Below, piece by piece: positions 31,019 through 40,153 of a stretch of 64,000 bases of DNA. Source of the DNA: Paracoccus aestuarii (GTDB lineage Bacteria > Pseudomonadota > Alphaproteobacteria > Rhodobacterales > Rhodobacteraceae); NCBI RefSeq assembly GCF_028553885.1, contig NZ_CP067169.1, forward strand, positions 2,222,385 to 2,286,384, in the 5' to 3' direction. Position 1 is the stretch's first letter. The number at the start of each line of letters is the position of its first letter. Made by a program: the position numbers and the translations under genes. The notes beneath the pieces were generated by a model. It made no database searches. It saw nothing but the letters and a program-made list of their open reading frames with translations, and was not told where the DNA came from.

Positions 31019-32983
31019 ATGTCCATCTTCGACATTCTGGGCGGCGAGTTCATCGAGGTCATCGAATGGACCCAGGACGCGCGCGACACGATGGTCTGGC
31101 GGTTCGAGACCGTCGGCCGCGCCATCAAATACGGCGCCAAGCTGACCGTCCGCGAGGGCCAGGCCGCGGTCTTCGTGCATGAAGGCCAGATCGCGGATGT
31201 CTTCGGCCCCGGCCTCTACATGCTGGAGACGAACAACATGCCGGTGCTGACGCGCCTGCAGCATTGGGATCACGGCTTCCGCAGCCCCTTCAAGTCCGAG
31301 ATCTACTTCGTCAACAAGACCCGCTTCACCAATCTGAAATGGGGCACCCGCAACCCGGTCATCGCGCGCGATCCCGAATTCGGCCCGGTGCGGCTGCGCG
31401 CCTTCGGCACCTATGCGATGCGCGTGATCGACCCGGCCCGCTTCATGTCGGAAATCGTGGGGACCGACGGCGATTTCACCCGCGACGAGATCGCCTTCCA
31501 GATCCGCAACGTGATCGTGCAGGAATTTTCCCGCGCGATCGCGGCGGCGAACATCCCGGTCCTGGACATGGCCGCCAATACCGACCAGCTGGCCCAGCTG
31601 GTCGCCAAGGCCATCGCCCCGGTGATCGAGACCTATGGCCTGGTCCTGCCGGAATTCTGGATCGAGAATATCAGCCTGCCCGCCGAGGTCGAGGCGATGC
31701 TGGACAAGCGCACCAGCATGGGGATCATCGGCGATCTGGACCGCTTCGGCCAATATGCCGCCTCCGAGGCGATGCTGAGCGCCGCGCGCAACGAAGGGGC
31801 CGCGGGCGCAGGCATGGGCGCTGCGATGGGCGCGGCCATGGGCGCCACGATGCGCGGGCCTTGGGGCGCGGCCCCCGCCCCTGCCGCGGTGACGCCCGTG
31901 ACGGATGGCGGCGATCACCGCTTTCCCTGCGCGCAATGCGGGGCCAGCCTGCGGTTTCGCCCGGGCCAGCAGCGGCTGGTCTGCGACTGGTGCGGGCATG
32001 AACAGGACATCGCCCCCACCCGCGCCGGCCTGACCGAGATCCCGCTGGCCCAGGGGCTGGACCTGGACGCCGCCGCGCCCGTCCTGGACGCGGTGCGCGA
32101 ACTGGCCTGCCCGCAATGCGGCGCGCGGGTCATGGCGGATGCGACCCATCACGCCAGCGCCTGCCCCTTCTGCGCGACGCCGGTCGTGTCGGATGCGGGC
32201 GTCAGCCGCCGGATCGCGCCCCAGGCCGTCCTGCCCTTTGCCTTGACCGAGGATCAGGCCCGCGCCGCCATGAAGGCCTGGCTGGGCGGGCTGTGGTTCG
32301 CGCCGTCGCGGCTGGCCGCCTATGCGCGCAAGGACCGGCGGCTGACGGGGGTCTATTCGCCCTTCTGGACTTTCGACGCGGATACGGTCACCACCTATCG
32401 CGGCCAGCGGGGCGATGCCTATTACGTCACGGTGACCGTCACGCAGACGGTGAACGGCCGCCCCCAACCGGTCAGCCGGCAGGAACGCCGCATCCGCTGG
32501 ACCCCGGTCACGGGCCGGGTCGCGCGCCAGTTCGACGACCTGCCCGTGGCGGCCTCGACCGCACTGCCGCAGCGATTCGCCGACGGGATGCAGCCTTGGG
32601 ACCTGGACGCGCTGACCGGGTTCGATCCGGGTTTTCTGTCGGGTTTCGAGGCCGAGCTCTATACCATCCCCCTGGCCGATGCCCATCAGGTCGCCCGCGA
32701 CCGCATGGCCCGGGTGATCCGCCAGGATGTCCAGCGCGACATCGGCGGCGCCGAACAGCGGATCGCGCATGTCGACAGCCGCCATGCGAACGAGGGCTTC
32801 AAGCATGTGCTGCTGCCGCTGTGGATGGCGGCCTATCGCTATAACGGGCACAGCTACCGGATGGTGGTGAACGGCCGGACGGGCAAGGTCATGGGCGACC
32901 GGCCTTGGTCGGTCTGGAAAATTTCCGCAGCCGTCGCCGCGGCACTGGTAGCGTTAGCGGCGATCCTGTATCTGACCCAGTGA
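31019..32983 (+). CDS. SPFH/band-7 domain protein fused to two zinc-ribbon motifs and a C-terminal membrane-anchored domain
   Basis: N-terminal 250 aa resembles the COG4260/YdjI-like SPFH domain, followed by a Gly/Ala/Met-rich linker, CAQCGAS...CDWCGHEQ and CPQCGAR...CPFCATP zinc ribbons, and a C-terminal TM helix (ISAAVAAALVALAAILYL). Confidence 0.65.
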   Translation: MSIFDILGGEFIEVIEWTQDARDTMVWRFETVGRAIKYGAKLTVREGQAAVFVHEGQIADVFGPGLYMLETNNMPVLTRLQHWDHGFRSPFKSEIYFVNKTRFTNLKWGTRNPVIARDPEFGPVRLRAFGTYAMRVIDPARFMSEIVGTDGDFTRDEIAFQIRNVIVQEFSRAIAAANIPVLDMAANTDQLAQLVAKAIAPVIETYGLVLPEFWIENISLPAEVEAMLDKRTSMGIIGDLDRFGQYAASEAMLSAARNEGAAGAGMGAAMGAAMGATMRGPWGAAPAPAAVTPVTDGGDHRFPCAQCGASLRFRPGQQRLVCDWCGHEQDIAPTRAGLTEIPLAQGLDLDAAAPVLDAVRELACPQCGARVMADATHHASACPFCATPVVSDAGVSRRIAPQAVLPFALTEDQARAAMKAWLGGLWFAPSRLAAYARKDRRLTGVYSPFWTFDADTVTTYRGQRGDAYYVTVTVTQTVNGRPQPVSRQERRIRWTPVTGRVARQFDDLPVAASTALPQRFADGMQPWDLDALTGFDPGFLSGFEAELYTIPLADAHQVARDRMARVIRQDVQRDIGGAEQRIAHVDSRHANEGFKHVLLPLWMAAYRYNGHSYRMVVNGRTGKVMGDRPWSVWKISAAVAAALVALAAILYLTQ

Positions 32984-33004
32984 GGAATGCCAAAGGGGGG
33001 CCCC

Positions 33005-33916
33005 ATGATCCTGTGCGCCGGTGAATCGCTGATCGACATGGTGCCGCAGGACGGCATGTTCCGCCCCCTACCGGGCGGCGCGGTCTATAACACCGCCATC
33101 GCGCTCGGCCGCCTCGGGCGGCAGACGGGCTATCTGTGGCCGATCAGCCGCGATCCCTTCGGCAAGGTGATCCTGCGCCCCCTGGCCGAGGCCGGGGTCA
33201 TCACCGACCTCTGCCCGCGCACCGACCGGCTGACCACGCTGGCCTTGGTCACGCTGACCAATGGCGAGGCGCGCTATTCCTTCTATGACGAGGGGTCGGC
33301 CGGGCGGATGCTGCGCCCCGACGATGTCGGGCCGCTGCCGGGCACGGTTTCGGCCATTTTCACGGGCGGAATCAGCCTGGTCCCTGACCCCTGCGGCGCG
33401 ACGATCGAATCGCTGATCGCCCAGCACCACGACCGCCTGCCGGTCATGCTGGACCCGAACATCCGGCCCTTCTTCATCACCGATGCGGAGGCCTATCGCG
33501 CGCGGCTGTCGCGGATGATGCCCATGGCCGACATCGTCAAGCTGTCCGCCGACGATCTGGACTGGCTCTATCCCGACATGCCCGCCGAGGATGCGGCGGC
33601 CCGGATCCTGGCCACCGGGCCGCGCCTGGTCCTGCTGACCGGGGGCGAGGCCGGGGCGCGCGCCATCTGGGCGGGCGAGCCGGTCCATGCCCCCGCGATC
33701 CGCACGCAGGTCTCCGATACGATCGGCGCGGGCGACACGTTCAATGCGGGGGTGCTGGCCAGCCTGGACGCGCAGGGCCTCCTGACCAAGGACGGGCTGG
33801 CGGGGTTGGGCGCGGATCAGATCCGCGCCGCCCTGACCCAAGGGGCGCAGGCGGCGGCGGTCACCGTGTCGCGGCCCGGGGCGAACCCGCCTTGGGCGCA
33901 TGAGATGCCGTCCTGA
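33005..33916 (+). CDS. PfkB-family carbohydrate kinase (fructokinase-like)
   Basis: PfkB N- and C-terminal signatures (DTIGAGDTFNAG). Confidence 0.75.
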   Translation: MILCAGESLIDMVPQDGMFRPLPGGAVYNTAIALGRLGRQTGYLWPISRDPFGKVILRPLAEAGVITDLCPRTDRLTTLALVTLTNGEARYSFYDEGSAGRMLRPDDVGPLPGTVSAIFTGGISLVPDPCGATIESLIAQHHDRLPVMLDPNIRPFFITDAEAYRARLSRMMPMADIVKLSADDLDWLYPDMPAEDAAARILATGPRLVLLTGGEAGARAIWAGEPVHAPAIRTQVSDTIGAGDTFNAGVLASLDAQGLLTKDGLAGLGADQIRAALTQGAQAAAVTVSRPGANPPWAHEMPS

Positions 33917-33934
33917 CCGCGCAGGCGGGCTGAC

Positions 33935-35332
33935 CTAGTCGGCGGGGTGCCAGCCGCCCGGGCGGCGGTCGGCATCGTCGTCCTCGTCATCCTCCTCGAC
34001 GGCGCGTTCGGCACCGGTGAAGGCCTCGAAGGCGCCCTTCTGACGGGCGGTCCAGCGCAGGCGCAGATGCAGCCCGTCCTCGCCCGCCTCCTCGGCCTCG
34101 ACGACGCCGGCCTCGTGCAGCCAGGCGCGGGCGCGGCCATCGGCGAAATCCAGGGTCAGGTCCTCGGGCAGGCGCTCCTCGTCCAAGGCCTCGCCCAGGG
34201 CGCGGTCGATGGCGCCGATCAGATCCTCCAGCCCCTCGCCCGACAGGGCGCTGACGGCCTGGACGCCCTCGGTCCGGGCATCGGTGCGGCGCAGGGCGGC
34301 GCGGGTGTCGGGACCCAACGCGTCGATCTTGTTCCAGACCTCGATCGCGGCCACGTCCTCATCCACGCCCAGGCTGTCCAGGATCTCGGCCACGTCGGCG
34401 GCCTGTTCCTCTGTCTCGGGATGGCTGATGTCGCGGACATGCAGGATCAGGTCGGCCTCCAGCACCTCCTCCAGCGTGGCGCGGAAGGCGGCGACCAGTT
34501 CGGTGGGCAGGTCGCTGATGAAGCCCACCGTGTCCGACAGGATGATCTTGCGCCCCGCGCCGCCGCCGCCCGCATCGGGCAGGCGGATGGCGCGCATGGT
34601 CGGGTCCAGCGTCGCGAACAGCATGTCCTTGGCAAAGACCTCGGCCCCGGTCATGCGGTTGAACAGCGTCGATTTCCCGGCATTGGTATAGCCCACCAGC
34701 GCCACGATCGGATAGGGCACCTTGGCGCGGGCCGCGCGATGCAGGCTGCGGGTCTTGACCACGCGGTCCAGCTGGCGGCGCAGGCGGGTCATCTGTTCGT
34801 CGATGGCGCGGCGGTCGGCCTCGATCTGCGTCTCGCCCGGTCCGCCCACGAAGCCCAGGCCACCCCGCTGACGTTCCAGGTGGGTCCAGGCGCGGACCAG
34901 ACGCGTGCGCTGATAGGAGAGCGCGGCCAGTTCGACCTGCAGCACGCCCTCGCGGGTGCGGGCGCGGTCGGCAAAGATCTCCAGGATCAGCCCGGTCCGG
35001 TCCAGCAGCTTGACGCCCCATTCCTTTTCCAGATTGCGCTGCTGGACGGGGGTCACGGGGCCGTCGACCAGGACCAGCTCAACCTCCAGGGCCTCCAGAC
35101 GCTCCTTGATCTCGGCCAGCTTGCCCTTGCCGAAAAGCTTTCCGGGGTTCGGTTCGCGCAGGTTGGCGACCTCGGATCCGACCATTTCGATGCCCGGCAG
35201 GGCCAGGGCCAGCGCGACCGCCTCGGCCAGCGCATGTTCGGGCTCGCGCCGCTGCGTGCGGGCGCGGCCGAGGTCAGGGTGAATGACGTAAGCGCGGGTC
35301 GGCTTGGCTTCGGTTTCCGTCAGATCCGCCAA
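33935..35332 (-). CDS. hflX: GTPase HflX
   Basis: HflX N-domain plus the G-domain (GYTNAGKSTLFN, DTVGF, NKID); TTG start abutting the hfq stop. Confidence 0.85.
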   Translation of the reverse strand: MADLTETEAKPTRAYVIHPDLGRARTQRREPEHALAEAVALALALPGIEMVGSEVANLREPNPGKLFGKGKLAEIKERLEALEVELVLVDGPVTPVQQRNLEKEWGVKLLDRTGLILEIFADRARTREGVLQVELAALSYQRTRLVRAWTHLERQRGGLGFVGGPGETQIEADRRAIDEQMTRLRRQLDRVVKTRSLHRAARAKVPYPIVALVGYTNAGKSTLFNRMTGAEVFAKDMLFATLDPTMRAIRLPDAGGGGAGRKIILSDTVGFISDLPTELVAAFRATLEEVLEADLILHVRDISHPETEEQAADVAEILDSLGVDEDVAAIEVWNKIDALGPDTRAALRRTDARTEGVQAVSALSGEGLEDLIGAIDRALGEALDEERLPEDLTLDFADGRARAWLHEAGVVEAEEAGEDGLHLRLRWTARQKGAFEAFTGAERAVEEDDEDDDADRRPGGWHPAD

Positions 35333-35566
35333 TCAGTCGTCGCCTTCATACAGGGTGATGGGCTGGCCGGGCATGATCGTGCTGATGGCATGCTTGTAGA
35401 CCAGCTGGGATTGTCCGTCGCGGCGCAGAAGCACGCAGAAGTTGTCGAACCAGGTGATGACGCCCTGCAGCTTGACGCCGTTGATCAGGAAGATGGTGAC
35501 AGGCACCTTGGCCTTGCGGACGTGGTTGAGGAACGCGTCCTGCAGGTTCTGCTTGTCGCCAGCCAT
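35333..35566 (-). CDS. hfq: RNA chaperone Hfq
   Basis: 77 aa with Sm1/Sm2 motifs ([27 protein letters not shown]...YKHAIST). Confidence 0.95.
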   Translation of the reverse strand: MAGDKQNLQDAFLNHVRKAKVPVTIFLINGVKLQGVITWFDNFCVLLRRDGQSQLVYKHAISTIMPGQPITLYEGDD

Positions 35567-35687
35567 TTGTTATCGTCCGTTTTTATTATCCCTGTGCCTT
35601 TTCACATCTAAGCCCAAGCCCGACCCCATGCAAGCTTGCGTGATCGGACAAAGATCAATCAGGCTTTTGGGCCACACCCCCTGTGCC

Positions 35688-37310
35688 CTACCTGCGCCAG
35701 AATTCCGGCGACATCAGGGCCAGGACGGCCAGCGTCTCGATGCGTCCCAGGACCATGGCGGCGGCCAGCACGGCCTTGGTGAAGTCCGGCAGGCCGGACC
35801 ACCCCTCCCACGGGGCCGAGGCGATGCCGGCCGTGCCCTCGAAGACCGGGGTCAGGGGGATGGCGCCGGCCAAGGGGCCTGCATTGGTCAGGGCTGCGAT
35901 GGACAGGATCGTCGCCGTCTCGAATTCGATCGCATGGATCGAGACCAGCGTGACCACCAGCGCGATCGAGATCGCGAAGAGCATGAAGAAGATGAAGGCC
36001 AGATAGGCCCCCTCACGCCGCAGGCGCCGGGCGATGCGGCCGCCGCCGGACACGGAATGGGGATGGATGATGCGCTCCATCTCGCGCTGGCCGTGGCGGG
36101 CCAAGGCATAGACGCGCAGCAGCTTGACGCCCCCCGCCGTGGTCGCGATGCCGCCCCCCATCATGGCCAGCCCCGCCAGGATCAGCCCCGGCGCGCTGAG
36201 CCCCGACCAGGCCTGCGCGCCCGCCCATTCGACCGATGTCCAGCCCGTCGTCGTCAGATAGCTGAGCGCGCTGAACAGCCCCCCCCACAGCGCCGCCAAG
36301 GCCGCGCCGATCCCCGATGGCGACAGGGCCTCGTCGGCATCGACCTCGATCGCGCCCAGGAAATGGCGCAGGAACAGGACCAGGCTGACCAACACGATCA
36401 GGCTCAGGGCCATGCGCAGCTCCGGGTCGGTGGACAGCCGGTCGGTGGCGCGCAACTCCCCCCCGCCGGGCCAGAAGCGGCGCGACAGGGCAGGGATCAG
36501 GAACAGAAAGACCAGCACCTCGCCGCCGATGCCCGACACGGCGCCCGACGGGCCGATGACCGGCGATATGCCGGATGTGGACAGCGTCCCCATCGCCCGC
36601 ATCAGCGCCAGGAAGGACGGATCCCCCATCAGCAGCAGCCCCACCCACAACGCCAGGGTCAGCCCCGCATAGACCGGCCCGATCTGCAGCGCGGCCTGGG
36701 CCAGGCGGTGCGAGGGCGCCTCGCCCCGGCGGTCAAAGCCGGGATCGGACAGATGCAGGACCGGGCGGCGCGGATCGGCCGATTGCGGCAGCGCCTCGCG
36801 ATATTCCTCGCGGCCATAGGGGTTCGACATGATCTCGAACCCGCCCACGCGCAGGGGCGCCAGGATCGCCACCGCCGCGACCAGCACGAACAGCCCCCCC
36901 ATCCAGCCCACCACCGCCCGCCACAGATGCAGGGGCATCGGCAGCAGATCCGCCGAATAGAGCGACGCGCCGGTGGTGGTCAGCGACGACACCATCTCCC
37001 ACCAGGCGTTGAAGAAGCCGGTATCGGGCAGGCTTTCGGCAAAGGGCAGCGCCATCAGCGGCGGCAGGATGCCATAGACGCCCAGCATCGTCAGCAGCGT
37101 CGCGCGCGACCGCGGCGGCCTGGGATTGGCCTGGGTCGCGATGCCGATCAGCCCGCAGAAGACCAGGATCAACAGCCCCGCATAGAAGAAGTTGCGCGCG
37201 ATCGCCGCATGGCCCGCGACGGACGCGTTGGCGGCCGGGATCATCATCATCAGCGCCGTCACCGCCGCCAGGATGACCAGGACCGGCAGCCGCTGGAGAA
37301 AGCCGATCAT
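35688..37310 (-). CDS. trkH: Trk-system potassium uptake protein TrkH
   Basis: Multi-TM TrkH/KtrB family; the ATG at 37310 was chosen within a TTG-initiated ORF. Confidence 0.8.
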   Translation of the reverse strand: MIGFLQRLPVLVILAAVTALMMMIPAANASVAGHAAIARNFFYAGLLILVFCGLIGIATQANPRPPRSRATLLTMLGVYGILPPLMALPFAESLPDTGFFNAWWEMVSSLTTTGASLYSADLLPMPLHLWRAVVGWMGGLFVLVAAVAILAPLRVGGFEIMSNPYGREEYREALPQSADPRRPVLHLSDPGFDRRGEAPSHRLAQAALQIGPVYAGLTLALWVGLLLMGDPSFLALMRAMGTLSTSGISPVIGPSGAVSGIGGEVLVFLFLIPALSRRFWPGGGELRATDRLSTDPELRMALSLIVLVSLVLFLRHFLGAIEVDADEALSPSGIGAALAALWGGLFSALSYLTTTGWTSVEWAGAQAWSGLSAPGLILAGLAMMGGGIATTAGGVKLLRVYALARHGQREMERIIHPHSVSGGGRIARRLRREGAYLAFIFFMLFAISIALVVTLVSIHAIEFETATILSIAALTNAGPLAGAIPLTPVFEGTAGIASAPWEGWSGLPDFTKAVLAAAMVLGRIETLAVLALMSPEFWRR

Positions 37311-37320
37311 CGCGCCCCCG

Positions 37321-38697
37321 TCAGAAGAAGTCGATCGAGACCTGCAGCAGGCGCTCGACCTCGGGGACGTCCTTGGACAGGGCAAAGATCAGCACGATGT
37401 CGCCCTCGTCGATGCGCGTGTCGGCCAGGGGCTTCAGAACGCGGTCGCCCTTGCGCAGCGCACCCATCAGCGCGCCTTCGGGAAATTCGATGTCGCGGAT
37501 CATGCGCCCCGCCATGGGGCTGGTCGACAGGACCTGCGCCTCCATCACCTCGGCCTCGGCATCGCCCACGGAATAGATGTCGCGCACCCGCCCGTGGCGG
37601 ATGTGGCGCAGGATCGTGGACACGGTCGTCGATCGCGGGTTGATATAGGCGTCGATGTCCAAGGCCCCCATCAGGGGCACCAGCGTGGGATCGTTGATCA
37701 GCGCGATGGCCAGCCGCGCCCCGGCCTGCTTGGCGCGCACCGATGCCAGGATGTTGGTCTTGTCGTCGTCTGTCACCGCCAGGACGGCATCGGCCTTGGA
37801 CACGGCGGCCTCGTCCAGGATCTCGGCCGACAGCCCGTCGCCGTTCAGCACGATGGTCCGTTCCAGCCGGTCGGCGGCGAATTCGGCGCGCGGGCGGGCG
37901 CGTTCGATCAGCTTGGCCCGGATGCGGTCGGGGCGGCTTTCCAGGTTCTGGGCCACGGCCAGGCCCACATTGCCCGCCCCGATGATGACCACGCGTTCCT
38001 GCTTCTGGGGCGGCTTGCCGAAGATGTCCAAGGTCCGCGCCACGTCATCGGCATGCGAAAAGACATAGATCTGGTCCCCCGCGAAGAGCTGGTCCCCCGC
38101 CTCGGGGGCGAACAGCCGCCCCTCGCGCCGCACGCCCGCCACGATGGCCCTCAGGCTGGAGAACAGTTCCGTCAGCTGGCGCAGCGGCGTGTTCAGCGCC
38201 GGGCAGTCGGGTTCAAGGTCGATCCCCAGCAGCTGGACCTTGCCGTCGAGGAAGGTCTCGACATCGAAGGTCGATGGCGCCGACAGCCGCTGCAGCGCCG
38301 CCAGCGCGACCTCGCGTTCGGGGCTGATGACTACGTCGATGGGCAGGTGCTCGGTCCGGTAGAGGTCGGAATAGATCGCGTCCAGATAGGCGCCCGACCG
38401 CAGGCGCGCGATCTTGCGCGGCACCTGGAAGACGGAATGGGCCACCTGGCAGGTGACCATGTTCACCTCGTCGGAATGGGTGGCGGCGATGATCAGGTCC
38501 GCATCGCGCGCACCCGCCTGGTCCAGGATGTCAGGATGGCTGGCAAAGCCCGTCACCCCCTGGACATCCAGCGATTCCGTGGCGCGGCGCACCAGGTCGG
38601 GATTGTTGTCGATGACGGTGACATCGTTGCGCTCGCCCGCCAGATGACGGGCGATCTGCCAGCCGACCTGCCCTGCCCCGCAGATGATGATCTTCAT
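37321..38697 (-). CDS. trkA: Trk-system potassium uptake protein TrkA
   Basis: Two RCK/NAD-binding repeats (MKIIICGAGQVG..., VVIIGAGNVG). Confidence 0.85.
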   Translation of the reverse strand: MKIIICGAGQVGWQIARHLAGERNDVTVIDNNPDLVRRATESLDVQGVTGFASHPDILDQAGARDADLIIAATHSDEVNMVTCQVAHSVFQVPRKIARLRSGAYLDAIYSDLYRTEHLPIDVVISPEREVALAALQRLSAPSTFDVETFLDGKVQLLGIDLEPDCPALNTPLRQLTELFSSLRAIVAGVRREGRLFAPEAGDQLFAGDQIYVFSHADDVARTLDIFGKPPQKQERVVIIGAGNVGLAVAQNLESRPDRIRAKLIERARPRAEFAADRLERTIVLNGDGLSAEILDEAAVSKADAVLAVTDDDKTNILASVRAKQAGARLAIALINDPTLVPLMGALDIDAYINPRSTTVSTILRHIRHGRVRDIYSVGDAEAEVMEAQVLSTSPMAGRMIRDIEFPEGALMGALRKGDRVLKPLADTRIDEGDIVLIFALSKDVPEVERLLQVSIDFF

Positions 38698-38761
38698 GCG
38701 TCACCCTTTCGTCCCGCGCCCCCTTGCCTATGCCGGGCGCGCGGTCCGCGCAAGCGGCAGG

Positions 38762-40153
38762 CTATTTACCCATCACCATCTCGTCCTCGCCGCGCATGCC
38801 GCCGACCACGCCCAGGGATTTCAGCTTGCGGTGCAGCGCGCTGCGCTCCATGCCGACGAATTGCGCCGTGCGGCTGATATTGCCGCCGAAGCGGTTGATC
38901 TGGGCGACCAGATACTCCCGCTCGAACAGCTCGCGCGCCTCGCGCAGCGCCATGGCGGTGACGGCGGGCCCCAGGCTCAGCGTGTCGCTGTTGTCGGGGG
39001 TGGCGCCCTGCGGCTCCAGCTCGCCCGGCTGGATGGGGCCCGCGCCCTCGGCCAGGATCAGCACGCGTTCGATGACGTTCCTCAGCTGGCGGATGTTGCC
39101 GGGCCAGCGCATGGATTGCAGCGCGGCGACCGTGTCCTCGGGCAGATCGCGCGGGGTCAGGCCCTGCAGCTTGTGGAACTGCTGGATGAAATGGCGCGCC
39201 AGACCCGCGATGTCGTCGCGCCGGTCCGCCAAGGACGGCACCGCGATGGGCACCACGTTCAGCCGGTCGAACAGCTCCTGCCGGAAGCGGCCTGCGGCGA
39301 TCTCGGCCACCAGGTCGCGGTTCGTCGATGACAGGACGCGCAGATCCACCCGCACCTTGTCGGCGCCGCCCGCGCGCACGAATTGCTGTTCGGTCAGCAC
39401 CCGCAGGATCTTGGGCTGGGTGCCCATGGGCATGTCGCCCACCTCGTCGAAATAGATAATGCCGCCATGGGCCTGTTCCAAAAGGCCCGGCTCGATCCCC
39501 CGCTCGGGGGATTCGCGGCCGAAGAGGACCTCCTCCATCCGTTCGGGTTCGATCGTGGCGCAGGGGACGGTGACGAAGGGCGCGGATGCGCGGGGGCTGT
39601 GGGCGTGGATGTAGCGGGCGGCCATCTCCTTGCCGGTGCCCGGCTCGCCGGTCAGCATGACGCGGCCGTTCGAACGCGCGACCTTGTCCAGCCCGTCGCG
39701 CAGCCTGCGGAAGGATGCCGACTGGCCCAGCATCTCGGCCGCGCGGTCGCCGCCGCGGCGCAGGGTGCTGTTCTCGCGCCGCAGACGGGCGGTCTCCATC
39801 GCGCGGTTGATGACCACCATCAGCTGGTCGATGTTGAAGGGCTTCTCGATGAAGTCATAGGCCCCCTGCTTGATGGCCGCGACCGCGATCTCGATATTGC
39901 CATGGCCGGAGATGATGATCACCGGCACGTCGGGATTGTTGCGCTTGACCTGTTTCAGGATGTCGATCCCGTCCATGCGGCTGTCCTTCAGCCAGATGTC
40001 CAGGATCATCAGCGCCGGTTCGCGGTCGTTCAGCGCGCCCACCGCCTCGTCGGAATTGGCGGCGGTGCGGGTCTCGAACCCCTCGTCCTTCAGGATGTCC
40101 GCGATCAGCTCGCGGATGTCGCGTTCATCATCGACGATCAGGATGTCGGTCAT
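38762..40153 (-). CDS. ntrX: sigma-54-dependent response regulator NtrX
   Basis: REC domain, AAA+ sigma-54 activator domain (GEPGTGKE, GAFTGA-type region) and a C-terminal HTH. Confidence 0.85.
   Translation of the reverse strand: MTDILIVDDERDIRELIADILKDEGFETRTAANSDEAVGALNDREPALMILDIWLKDSRMDGIDILKQVKRNNPDVPVIIISGHGNIEIAVAAIKQGAYDFIEKPFNIDQLMVVINRAMETARLRRENSTLRRGGDRAAEMLGQSASFRRLRDGLDKVARSNGRVMLTGEPGTGKEMAARYIHAHSPRASAPFVTVPCATIEPERMEEVLFGRESPERGIEPGLLEQAHGGIIYFDEVGDMPMGTQPKILRVLTEQQFVRAGGADKVRVDLRVLSSTNRDLVAEIAAGRFRQELFDRLNVVPIAVPSLADRRDDIAGLARHFIQQFHKLQGLTPRDLPEDTVAALQSMRWPGNIRQLRNVIERVLILAEGAGPIQPGELEPQGATPDNSDTLSLGPAVTAMALREARELFEREYLVAQINRFGGNISRTAQFVGMERSALHRKLKSLGVVGGMRGEDEMVMGK

Noticed and set aside
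35442-37643. 733-aa ORF on the plus strand
   Set aside because: Antisense to trkH and trkA; extremely Arg/Gln/Gly-rich translation; artifact of GC-rich DNA.
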